64,000 bases of DNA from Dimorphilus gyrociliatus (taxonomy: Eukaryota > Animalia > Annelida): positions 806,001 to 870,000 of the forward strand of contig CAJFCJ010000015.1 in NCBI GenBank assembly GCA_904063045.1, given 5' to 3'. Under the pieces are notes generated by a model that saw only the letters and a list, made by a program, of their open reading frames with translations, was not told the origin of the DNA and made no database searches. Below are positions 12,122 through 25,100 of this stretch, piece after piece. The translations under genes were made by a program, and so were the position numbers. Within the stretch, counting starts at the first letter, position 1. Every line of letters starts with the position of its first letter.

Positions 12122-15100
12122 TGTTTTTAAAAACTTGTAGAATTTGTCACGTTGAAATATGATTAGAAAAAATAATGTGCATTATCTGTACAATAAGTGT
12201 ACTGCTAGATAGAGTTGCCAACCAATCAGAAATTGGATATATATATTCACTATGACTCGTCTATTAGGGCGATAAAATAAGTTTCATTAGGCTTTAACAT
12301 ATATTATACAAGCGTGGACACTATACAAAAATTGGAAGAAAACTCGATACAATGTTATATTTGACTGAAAGATATTGATGATTCTCCTCACTATTTGAAT
12401 ATTCATGTTTTCCCTATTTGAACTCTATATGCATCAGTCTTTTCTATATTGATTTGAAGTACCACCTGGTGGACAATTTAGTTATTGATTATACAGGAAA
12501 GTACTACTTGCTGCTGACAAAAAAGATGCAATAATGAAGAATAAGAGGCATCCATACAATTTGATGAGTTTTCAAATGAATTTATTACCTTTTAAAATAT
12601 TTAATTTAATTAAAAATATGTTTCTTCTAAATTAGAAAAAAAGTAATAAATACAATAATTAGTTAGTTAAAAAGTGTAATAAAATACATGAGTTCTAACT
12701 ACTTTTAGTAATAATATAATATTTCCAATTTTCTATTAATTACCTGCATAAATAAAGTATTTTTATACTTTATTACTTTCGATTATTTGTTATATCTTTT
12801 TGCCAGTTTGTACTTGCTCTAAAATGTATATCTAAAAAGAAAAAATGAACAAACTACCTTCAAGTGCAAAAGAAAAAAAAAGAACATTTTTTCTAAACTC
12901 TTCTAAAATTCCAAACTTGGAACAAAAGTGTAAAAAAAGGAGAAAAAAAGTTATTTTATAATAAAAGCCAACAAAGACGAAGTAAATAGATTCGAGGTTT
13001 CAATAAGAATAGGAAAATACAAAGAAACGACTACGACCGGTAACAAAATTATATAATAAAATTGATTATTTATTTAGAAGATAATAAAAATAGCGCCATC
13101 TATACTTTCTAGAACAGAATATATTTAATTAAAAGGATTCTAATTAAAATCGTGTTAAATAGGCTTAATATAGTATTTTAAATTATAACGAATTATAAAA
13201 TATGAAATTTATACTATAATTACTTTAAAAATAGACAAATGTGCTATACAAAGGTTTTAAATAATAATAAGCAAACAATTACAATAAATATAAAAAGTAA
13301 TAAAATATCTTAATATATTCATTTTTTTTGTCTTTATAGCCTTTATTGACTATTAATATAGTTTGTTACACCTTTGTCAAGTATTATTACCTTTGAGAAT
13401 ATACTTTTGTCTCTTAAACAAAAAATCAAGAATATTCTTTTCATATGAAAGATAAAAGAACTTTGCTACAAAATGATATAGATGTGCTTTTTTTGCTCAT
13501 TCATCATCATAATCTTCTTCTTTTCTATCTCTCGCACTCTCTCTATCTGTCTATCTCTCTCTCTCTCTCTCCTCTTTAGGACATACAAAAGAATAAAAAG
13601 GTATAAGAATCTCTTTCAAGTAAATTTTTGCTATATAAAGAGCACAGGAGAAGGTTTTTTTGTGGTTCTAATGATTTTTTCGTTCCTTTTTCCCTCTTTA
13701 TTACAAGTTGTATGACAACAATTAATTCTCTCTTTTTATAATGATTCGCTAAAAGTCTATAGAATAATGCTGTTATTGATTACATTGACATTTAATGTTA
13801 AAAAAATTTTTTTATCGATCTTAGAGAATCTCTAATAATCAAGTCTTCAAACGTCAGATCTTGGGATAAGATAAATAGGGTTAGAAATAACAAATCCCAA
13901 GCAAAATTGTAACTGATATATACATTCGAAATACTTTGTCAGGGCCTGAAGAATTTTGTCGTAAAAGGCTATGCAAATAAGTTTGTGTAGTGTAACCAAG
14001 ATTAGATCCTTTTTTAGGCTTACAAGGCACCGAAAATGTAAACCAATATTGTTCTAACTAAAGGGTTAAACCCGAGCAAGGTCTTCTTTTTCTACTCGCC
14101 TAGTCAAAATTCTTGCAATAAAAAAAAACTCCAAACATTAGTTTATTCCATCTCTTAAGGCCGAAAGAGAGGTCATTATCCCTTTAGCCAATTTCCCCCT
14201 TAAAAAATTCTCGTCTAACTTGGTGAGCGGATCTATTGGTGAGAAAAAATTGAATATTACAACTAATGAGCTAGCTAGTAAAAGAGATTACGGTAAATGA
14301 TCTATTAATCATGAAAACTGCTACCTAATTCCAAAAAATCGAAGAGTTTCCTATTCCGAATCGTCGACGTGTTTAATTCGACCGTTGAATAACAATAAGA
14401 AACGGTTTTTTTTCCTATACTAATCAGTATTTCTTTCTGTGTATGTCTCTCTACCCTCCACCCACCCCCCGCCCTTTTTCTCTGTGTCGTTTTTTTTGTT
14501 TCCTCTCATCAACTTTGTCTTTGTCCCTATTTCTCTTCTATTTTCTTATTTAGTCACTCGTTATACGAATTAATTGACTCAGGTACTAGATACACTAATT
14601 GCATGCCTTTTTCTGCTATCGTTCGCATAGGTACATGCCTTGTGTAGAAAATCCGCCAAAGGAAGGTGAAACTTCTTAATTATCTCTTTAAAGCTTTGCT
14701 TGTCGTTTGTTTGAAACCCGATTCATTCTATCGTATTTATATAATTTATCATCTTTATTGTTTTTCAAAGGAGGGAATTAACGCTTATAAAGTACGAAGC
14801 GTCTAAAATTCCAGCTCTTCAATTTTTTTCCTTCCTCCTTTTTCTAATAGTTTTCTCCATCAGTCGATAAAGATAATAAAGGGAAGAAAAGAACGTCTCT
14901 TTAGTCTGTTTGCTTTTTCTATGTTACATATACTTATCGTATTCTACGTATTTATCCGTTCAAGCCCGTATTAACAAAAGTTTCCGTTTACAGACTCTCC
15001 TAAGATCAAATAGAAGCCTGTTTACCACTCCCTTGGCTTTCTATCAGCGCATCGAAATAAAGATCGATCGTTTTACTAATTTTTCGCTACTACTAAGTGC

Positions 15101-15693
15101 ACTACTCCACCAATTTATATTACGTAATAAATTTGATTACAGAACAAAAGAATATCTTTCTTTTTTCAGTGTGTATATTTTTTTTCTTTTCTTTATTTTC
15201 TACTCTTTTCCTTTATTTTGAACACCATTCTTGACTCGTTAAAAGATGTATAAATACTATTAATAATCATTCGATAAAAAATCATCATACCGTAAAACAA
15301 ACAAAAAGACAAAAAAAAAAAAATGAAAATTAACAAATTTTCCTGCCTTATTTACAGAAGTACTGCAAAAAAAGATATGCTTATATATACAGCACAGCAC
15401 ATTTTATATTTATATGTGTATGTATAGATATATCGATATACAGCACATATATAAATATATATATATATATAAATATATGCACATATTTTTATACAGTAGT
15501 TTAATATTTATTTCTATATACACATGTATATAACTGTAAATATATATCGTAAATAAATATAAAGTGTACAGTGTATATACGAAAGTATATGAACAAAATT
15601 TATAGCATAGTGAAGCAGTTAGTTGTGGTTGTTTAACTGTAATTCCTATTTTTGCACCTCAATCGAATCTATGAAAGAGACATTAACGAATTA

Positions 15694-18600
15694 TCACACT
15701 AGGCTTACTCCACCATATATTCGTTGAGGTACGACTTCTTCGTGAATACTATACAAAGGGTGACGCATTTCAGTGCTCCTCTGATCCCGAAATGTGACTC
15801 GTCTTGTTGTGGGTATATGATTGTCATTAACAGGCCTGAGAACAACTTCTGTAGAACACTTGGTGTAATCTGAAAAGTCATTGGGTAGAGAATGAGTAAA
15901 TAAGTCGCAGAGAGGAGGAAAGAAATATTTAATAAATACCTCTACTATTGGGGGAATCGCTTTCGAGTGTTCCATTTCGATTCTCCCCCTCCTCATAACT
16001 TCCCCTTCCTGAATCGGTATCCCGTTCTTTTACAGCCAGTTGATGGGCGGATAAATAGACGTCATTACTATGGCAGTTATCGCTGGGAGTCTTTATAAAA
16101 TGCATATCGCCCTGCGGAATAAGGATAAAATTAGGGATGCGTAATTAGATATATTAGGGTTTTTTTTCTCATTCTTTTTATAGACGCCAACCTTATCGAA
16201 ACTGGTATGCGAAGAGCCGCTGTTCCTTTCAATACATTCCCTACTCAAATACGTCACTTCCTTCTTACTACCATCTAAACGATCCAGGGGTGTAATCTCC
16301 AACTTTGGAGCGTTTTTTTTCTCTCTTCGACTCGCACACAATAGATTCCTTCTAATGAGCACCGTTATTGTGATAATAAGAATAATAATGACGATTGCCG
16401 ATGCTACAACGACAATTATTATCACAGTAACGCTAACTTCTGAAGGTTGATTTGGTTGTGAGTGTGAGTTGGCAAATGGTATGGACGAGTTAATTAATAC
16501 GTAGACATAAACCGACGAATTCAGGCTCGGTACTCCTGAGTCACGAACGACTACATGAAGAGTACAATTCCGATATACAATTTCCTTTAGAGAACTTTTA
16601 ACGAACAAATTCCCACTTATTTTACCAATATCGAAATACTTGCATGAATTAATAGCGCCCCATAAGTATGATATCTGTGAGTTTAAGCCCATGTCATTAT
16701 CTCGAGCAGTTACCGTAAATATCTCGTAATCAACAGGGGTTCTTGAAGAAATGGGAAAAGTTTGTCCGTTTTTAGGATAACTTAGTATTGGCTTGTTATC
16801 ATTTTTATCGCCAATTTTAACGATGACAAGGGCGGTATCAAATTGGGCAGCATTCTTGGAGCTCGTTGCTCTGACGAAAAACCTGTATTCATCCTTTACT
16901 TCTCTGTCGAATTTTTCAAGGGAACTTATCGTTCCCATACTCGAATCAATGTCAAAGTTAGAAAATTCCTCTAGTATCGAATAAATCGGATAGTCCCCTA
17001 AATCCTCATCTCTAGCTGAAACTCTTCCGATTACTTTTAGAGGTTCCTCTCCTTCCAGCAAATCGAAATGGTATGTTTTATTGAGAAAAGCGGGTTTCAC
17101 ATCATTCGTATCGAGTACTTTTAGAAAAACGGTAGCCGTTCCGTTTCGTCTCGGCTTTCCTTTGTCAAACGCCCTTACAACAAACGAATACGAATCTCTC
17201 TCTTCTCTATCTAGAGGGTAATTAGATCGAATTTCTCCGGATCCTTTCTTTATTCGAAATGCGTTCGATTTATCACCTTCGATTCTGTATTCAATATCGG
17301 AATTGGCACCTTTGTCTAGATCGGTAGCCGTAACTTTAAGTAAAACCTTCTCAACATTATTATTCTCAGTAACATTAATTATATAGTTGCTTCTTCCGAA
17401 AATTGGAGGATTATCATTTATGTCTTTGATGATAACTCGTATCGTCTTATATCCTTCTTGTTTCTGAGCGTCTCGACAGGTTATTTTAACAATGTCAGTT
17501 TCGTCTCTTTCCCTATCGTATTTATGTTTGGTCGTAATGCGATATTCTTGCCTATATTGTTTCGACGTAGAGCTGCTGGCGGAGTCCTCCTTAAATAAAC
17601 TAAAACGTTTGTTATCCAGGGAACAGGTCACTTCGCCCGTTATTTGTTCATTTGGATCTTCAACCGTTAGATAAGCAACAAATTGCTCAGTTGAGGTTTC
17701 CTCTAGCACCTCGGCGTAACCTTTTATCGAGCTGTCCGACATACGATCGACCCGAATTTGAGGCGGATTATCGACAGCTTTGACGATAACGATAACCTTA
17801 GTTTCCCCTTTTCTCGACGGATTACCCAGATCGGTTGCCACTACTGTTAACTCGTATTGTCCGCTGTTTAACACGGATTTAAGGGTGATTTTTCCATTTG
17901 TGGGATCGATATCAAATACATCGGAAGGCTTTGAAAATGAATATTTCACTTGACCATTTCTACCCAAGTCGATATCTTTTGCTGTTAGCTGAATAATTTC
18001 AGTATACCTTTGCGTATCTATAGCAACGTTTTTTCTCCATTCACTTTTCTCAAAAGTGGGATAGTTATCGTTCAAATCAGTAATCGATATATTTACTTTC
18101 ATTGATCCTTCATTTTTTCCATCAGTTGCAATAATTTTTAACATATAATTGTCAATCTGTTCCCTATCCAACTTTTCAATAACATTTAGTTTAACCTCTT
18201 GACCGTTCGCACTAAGATGAAATTTCCCAAAGCCGTTTTCTAAACGATAGCTTTTCACCCCAAATTTCGGACTGTCTAAATCAACTGCCGGAGGTATTAA
18301 TTTAGTAATATTCACTTTACTTTCGGGTATTTCTAAAGTGATCATCCCCGTTGCAAATGTAGGCGGTGAATCATTGATATCGATAATGTCAATTTTAATC
18401 GATTTAAAGATTTTGTTGATAAGTATTTTTAAATATACTTGACATTCATTACTAGATCTACAATTGACCATTTTTTCCCTATCAATTTCCTGTAAACTCT
18501 CTATATTTTTCGTGGTTGGGTCGACTATGAATGGAATATGCTCGGGTGATTCTATAATCGTTAAATTAGCCGTTTTGGCAAGAAACTGAACGTCTAATTG

Positions 18601-18735
18601 TTTCGATATATTTTGCAGCGTTATGACACCCCTCCTGCCTTCGACTAGATCAAAATGCAATTTGCGGTAGTCACATAATACTGTTTTTATCAGGAAGAGA
18701 AAGAAGTAGAAGATTCGCTTATTCCAATTAATCAT
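15694..18735 (-). CDS. Protocadherin, delta-like with 7 cadherin repeats. Exons 16192-18735, 15940-16090, 15694-15869
   Basis: Signal peptide; Ca-binding linkers DINDSPP, DLNDNYP, AVDNPP, DINDNPP, DTNDVKP, DKNDNKP; TM VSVTVIIIVVVASAIVIIILIITITVLI. In-frame GT-AG introns (101 and 70 nt) add a cytoplasmic DTDSGRGSYEEG motif and a C-terminal -GVSLV* (class I PDZ-type). Confidence 0.92.
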
Positions 18736-21700
18736 GGTTCTTACAAAAAAAAAATCAAAAAATTTTAAGTGTAGAGGGCACCATAACCGTTTCTCTTTCT
18801 CTTTCTTTCTGTTTCTTTATCCCTTTTATTTGAGGGAAAGCAGATCTGTGGAAAATGAAATGTCGAATAAATATTACACGGTAACTTAATGTGTATATAA
18901 CTAAAGTAATATATACAGGGTATTAAAAAACTTATCAAGGTTATTGGATATCTTGTTTTATATGCCTATAATTATAAGTTATAATATTTTTATGAAATAT
19001 AGGAAAATTTTTCTTAAACTTAATCTTAAAGTCGAATAATTATCGAACTGCGAAAAATCCACGTAGAATAAACAAACTATAACAAATGTTTGCACAAATG
19101 ACAAAAAAAACTTTATAATATTGATATAATATCAGATTTTATAAGGTTTTTACTATTCGAATCGATCATGTTGAAGCGATATTTAGATAAATTAGAGCTT
19201 CACTATACATTCATTTCTTTCTTACCGATTATTCAATAACAAAGGCATAATCCTTAATGTAAATATTAGTACGATAAGTGTTTTTGTTGGAACAGCTTTC
19301 GGAATTCTTTATCAGTTGAGGCAAAGCTATAAATTATTGAATCCTCTCTACCCATCACCTGCTCTCCTATTTAAGCTCTTTAACACAGCATTCGATTACG
19401 AAAGTAGTTCACCAAGTGTTTACAGTATGAATTTTCATACTGCGATGCGCTGAAAAGATCGTTCAGCAACGGTCAACCGATATAGACTTAATGGGGAAAG
19501 CTAACATAGGCAGATGGAGAGGCTGTCAGACGACAAACGAACAAACCGAGTTCAGTTTATCTAAAATGGACTCGACACTATGCATACAGAACAGATTAAT
19601 TAATAGATTTTTTTGTTATTGTTGATTTCTAATTATTAAACAATACTCTTTAATTATTGATTCATACCTAGCGTCTTCACATCTATTTTTAAATAGAGTA
19701 TATATTGAATTTATCCGTTAATCTTTTATTGCAATGAAAACAATAAACTAATGAGATGCGAGTGGAAGAAGAGTGGAATGAAGGATGAAAAGGAATTTTT
19801 TAATGCCGGCTCGGACGTAAGATTTAAGAAACTTTTACACTTGGTTGAATTGTCGCCCCGTAACTTTTCCTGCCCAGGCAGCTAATTGGCTGCTAACAGA
19901 AGTCACATGGTACACTTGCCATATGCGCGACGCGTTGCATAATATCCGTGTCTAGATGTAATTAGGGAGTAGAGAAATGAAAAGAGAAATTGATTGCGAT
20001 GCGGTAAATAAACTAGAAATTATGTTGCGCAATCGGCGCCCCTTAATTAAAGGGGATCGCAAGACAACAGGCTATTTATTCTTTACTCAACCTCCCAACC
20101 CTTCGCTTTCTTTTGCATCACCTTTTCAATACAATCCCTTAACTCCGACTACCCCCTGCTGGCAGAATGAAACGCGTGCCTCGCGAATAATTCGGACAAA
20201 CAGATGTTCGAAAATTGTAGCAAGTACTCTCCTACAGCTCGCTCGATACGACTATATGAACACTTTGAATGTGATCGATAACTGATTGATTGCTTATGAA
20301 AGGACTGCGGAATCATTCTAATCTTAAAAGGCTTTTTTTCTTCGGGCTACAACACTTGATCACTTAACTTTTCTGCTTGCTAAAATCTCTTTATAATTTA
20401 GTAAAGTTGAAAATCAATTCCAACTTTCCATCATTTACTTTTACCTCAATTTCATCTTTTTATAAAAAAAATTAAGAGGAAACACGTCAATTTCCTGCTG
20501 TGAACTTTGCCCATGTACATTATATTAATTAGTTCTATTGTTCGGGCGTTTCAAGGTCGAGAATGGATTCGACCCGAGTTTTACGCTCTTCTGACCAGGT
20601 ATATAAAACCACATAAATTGCGAAACAGTCAATTGAATTTGAATAGAATTTTATCAAGTAGATGCAGTACACGTTCAAGTGTACGAACAGATGTTATTTT
20701 CCAAGATTTACGACTATCCCGTATACCTAAAAATTTCCGTTAAAAAAAAAAAGAAGCGTTGCACTCTAAATCCAAATAAAAAAGAAACAACCAGCCCGGC
20801 GAAAAAGTTAATAAAGTAATAAGTAGCGAAAAATTCCTTAGGACGGAATAGGAAAAGAGCGATGGGATTTGGGCGGTAAATCGACTTTATTGTTTATCTT
20901 ATAAGCCATATTATATACAAGCTGTTAGTTAATTTATAGCGAAAATAGGCTATTGTTCTGAAGTGTACAAATTAATCATTATCTCTATTGTTTTTACTAA
21001 AAATCTTCATAAGTTTTATATACATATAACTCAAGTGAGGGCTATTTTTCACACTGTCCCTTTTCTACCCTTGTGTGGGTGTCCTTCTCTTTTTCAATTC
21101 CCTCCTTTTTTCGTTATTTTAATACAATAACATATTTATACGTGTGCTTCCATTTAAGTCGTTCTTGATAAAAAAGAAAGAAGAGAAGTGGGCGGCAAGG
21201 AAATATTAGTGAAGAAAAAAGGAAAATTTATTAACGACCGGGGTACGTATTTGAATAATTCAAGAGAAAAAAGAAAATTAGCTTAGTCTGATTTTTATTA
21301 AATGGGTGTAAGTTGAAGTAGATTAGGAAGACAGATAATGATTTTAACGAAGTCCTTTATCTCAACCATCTTAATTGCAAAACGTTTTTTTTATTTCATT
21401 CTTCTTTCTATCTTATATTTCCTATTCTCATTCTCCTTCTTTCTTCACAAAGGAGAAAATTACCACTGCTATAATAACTATAAATTAACCATGAGAAATT
21501 CTTTATCTTACGTGAGTAGAAATACTTTTGGTTAGGAAATTACAGGAAATTATCTTTACGAATCTTTCTCTTATATCCTTTTCTGGAATTTACACTATGT
21601 AAATAGATGGGCGGCAGAACCAACTTCTAAACGCGCACCTCACCTTCTATTATGAAAGTACATACAAAGAATCTATATTCTTCTTAACAATAATAATAAT

Positions 21701-22056
21701 AACAAGGTCTGTTGTGAAAGGTGCGTTTAGAGAAATTAGGAAACATTAACCATAAACCTTAAAATATCCGACCCAGCAGGACAGTTGCAAGGTCATTTAT
21801 AGTGATTTTGTTAAAGGTCGTAAATTTCTTTTAGAGTTTTGACAAATGACTGTTCCACGCCTATAACTTATCTACGTAATAAAACTCGCATAGAATATAA
21901 ATATATATAATATAATTTATATATAAATAGATAGGTTAAAAGGTAAAGAACACAATGGATTCTGTAATTGAAACATTCCTTCATTCTTACTAATATAGTA
22001 ACAGGGAACAATCCCGGTACGACACTTCTTAGAGAAACCAGCGAAAGTTAGTATAT

Positions 22057-22134
22057 AGAGGTAGTAGAGAAGAAAGTTGAGGTCCCATGGTGATGTTTCG
22101 CGTGCTCAACTTTTCCTTCTTTCTTACTCGCTCT
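22057..22134 (+). ncRNA. Candidate let-7-like pre-miRNA hairpin (uncertain)
   Basis: The 5' arm AGAGGTAGTAGAGAAGAAAGTT is identical to let-7 at 15/22 positions, including 2-11; it pairs with 22105-22129 (about 22 bp including G:U). The basal stem is weak. Confidence 0.2.
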
Positions 22135-25100
22135 TCCTCTTCATTTAGTTCTTATAGAAAAATTAGGCGTGACAATCGTGCTCTGGATTGGTAAAGGGAG
22201 AGTCGAACACTAACCTACGTTCGATAGTTCATTCGATATGGTCTTTCTACCCCTTTCCTTACTCAATATAAAATGAAAGCACCTGTAAACACTTTCGATT
22301 TATGCCTATTTTACGCGTACGCCTATATATATAGATATACTGTATACAATATTTAGAGAAAACTTTGGTATACTAGTAATGAACAATAAGTCGACTGTAT
22401 TTAGGTAAAGAATGAAGAAGTGAGCAAAAGAAGAGAGAGGAGAAATAAAGAACTGAGAGCAATAAGTCAGCCGGGGGCGATTTTGTCAAAAAAAAATTCT
22501 CTATTACACCTAAACTCTCTTCAGATATGGGCCGTTTGTTATCCGCATTGTATATAGAATCAGTTCTTCCTATTATATTAAGCTTAAGATATACGAGAAA
22601 GAAAGAGAGCGGAAGAGTGGGAGGAGTTGACTGTAAAAAGAAAACTTTACTAATAGCTCTTCTTAATAAAAGCTTTAGTTGGTAGAGCTGCAGTCTTCGG
22701 TATCGAGTTATATACATTAGCTGAATACATATAGGGCTAAGGGTAAAGTAAACAGACCGACCGACGTCCAGTCAGTGGAAAGAACGCTTGCCTTGAGGCT
22801 TTTATCTTACCTTATCTTGGGAACGGCTTGTATATTTTAAACATGAAGTTTGAGAAGAGAGAAATGCCGCTCTTTCTACTCGAACCAGGGAATTGTCACT
22901 TATCGGCTCTTTTCAAAGCTTTAGGCCATGTTAGTAAGCTATTAAGTATTTAGCACCTTGAAAGTAAAATAGTCGAATAACTCGACAACTTCAAATTAGT
23001 CAATTCCCTTCGACTACTGTTATAAATTTTAAAATACATATAAATAGTATATAGGATGAAAAAATAAATAGGTTTAAGCCAATACATCAAAAGAGGTGTG
23101 GGGAACAATCGTTATGATATAAAATTCCAATAAATGAACATGTGCGTTATTAGGTAGCAACAAAAAGCGCGGTAAGATCAAAGAGGCTTTCCTAAAGGTT
23201 ATAAGAACAAACAGAACGTTGACGAATAATTTTACGGCGTTATTAGAAGGCGATTATATGGTAAGACCACGTCAACAAAGCGTCCTTTACGGGGATTAAT
23301 TATTGCCAAAGGCCGTATACACGTACACATATAGAATGTTCGAATGTATAGACGTCTAAATGCACCCTTAAATCGTGTATAAATTCGTTTCGGGCGTCAA
23401 GAATAAAGCGTAGAACTTTATCACCTGCCCGTAATTATATAAGGCGATTTCAGCCCCAGGCTGGATATAAGGCAACATTTGGCGGTCGGGGGAAATAGAA
23501 TCAACCGACGTCGAGCAATCGAGAGTCGATAGACGCCGGGAGGTCGTCAAAATACCCCGGCTGACACGACTCCCAACTATGTTGAACGGTTATTTTGTTT
23601 AGTTGAGGTGATGGGAAAGAATAAGAGAGAAGTTGTTCTATTATGAGGGCTTAACTTTCCATTGTTTTTTTCTTTTTCTTACTGCTCCCGCTTACAAAAC
23701 CAGTAGGCTAGCTGAGCTGCTCTTTTTAGAAACTCATAATTTCTCTTCTTTTTTCCCCTCATACTTCACATAACTTTTTCCTTTTCTTTTCATCTATTTT
23801 TGCAGAGCCGTTTTTCCATATAGGCTAAGCAATTATGCCTCGTAATTGTAACGCGACTAGTAAAGCGGAAGTTTATTGTTCACAATGTAAAAGCAACGCT
23901 TAATCTATTATAATTAAATCGGATACGTTATTATGGCGTAAATGAAAAAAGTGACGCATAGCCACTAATGTTATTCGGTTTTAAGGAATACTCATATCCC
24001 GATACATATGTAAAAAAATAACTTGCTGATAATAGTGATAATAGCAATTATAATAAACAAATAGAACAAATATGAAAGTAAAAGAGACGCCCCACCAACC
24101 CGGCCTTTTCTCATTTCCCTAACCATGGAGACGGCATGACTTTACACTTACTAAGCATTAAAGCGAACGTATAAACTTAATTTACGAAAACGTTTCCTAT
24201 CGATTACAAATTACATCTAGAAAATCATTCGCATAAATATAAAGGTTTTGTATAGCTATATATAGACCTAATATATTCTTCTTGCTTATCCTTTTCCTAT
24301 CGAAGTAGTCCCATCATTTCTTTAGACTAGTCGCTAGTCTGTCCACCTTTCTGTCTCCCTATTTCTCACTATCCCCCCTTACCTTAATAATTCACAGTAG
24401 TATCCCATTTCCAAAAGTACAAAAGCGGCTCGTTCAAAGACCAAACAATACTTGGTTACGGCCGAGTGAACTGGTCACACAAATTATCAATAATTCATAA
24501 TTTTTCGTGCATTTATGCAAATGGCACGGCACGCGAGGCGGATGTAATACAAGGCTTTTAAGAAAAACAATGGGGTCGTAGAAGGCCGCCTTTAAATCAT
24601 AATTACCGATCGATACACATTTAAGAAAATAAAACTGGACATAAAACACGCTACTCGATTGATCTCTCTCACATAGAGGGCGTTAAATGAGAAGGAAAAA
24701 TAGAAGATGGGAAGCTTAGTGAAAAAAAGTGCAAGAGTATGTGCCGACCAATAGAAAACAAGAGTAAAGAAGAGTGAAAGAGAAATAGTCAATACAATCT
24801 ATAAAGTTGATTCTAGTAGACGTTCAAATATTCTTTCTATTCTTTCGTCATGGAGAGGGTATCGATTTGTCAGCCTATACATTTATAGATCATATGTCAA
24901 TGATTCAATCATACATCTGCTAAGATTTAAAAAAATTGCTTGAGTATAGGATGAAAACTAAAATAAAAAAGAGGAGAGGATGCGAAACATGACGCAGCTG
25001 TTTCGTACTAAACACAGGAATAAAAAGAATTTTATCTCTCCTTCGTTCGCTCTCTCACTTTTTGTAGTCTAAAAGAGTTGAGAAGAGAGAAGAAAGGGAG

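Noticed and set aside
16093-16191. ORF-track C-terminus of the protocadherin (VGVYKKNEKK...RAICIL)
   Set aside because: Intron read-through; the spliced model gives conserved cytoplasmic motifs.
19525-19565. Minus-strand TTTGTTCGTTTGTC resembling the miR-375 5' end
   Set aside because: Only an ~11-bp stem, and the putative mature sequence overlaps the loop; the 3' half does not match miR-375.
20600-20635. TATATAAAA followed by an Inr-like CAGTC on +, with two small hairpins nearby
   Set aside because: TATA-like words are abundant at this AT content, and no downstream gene is supportable.
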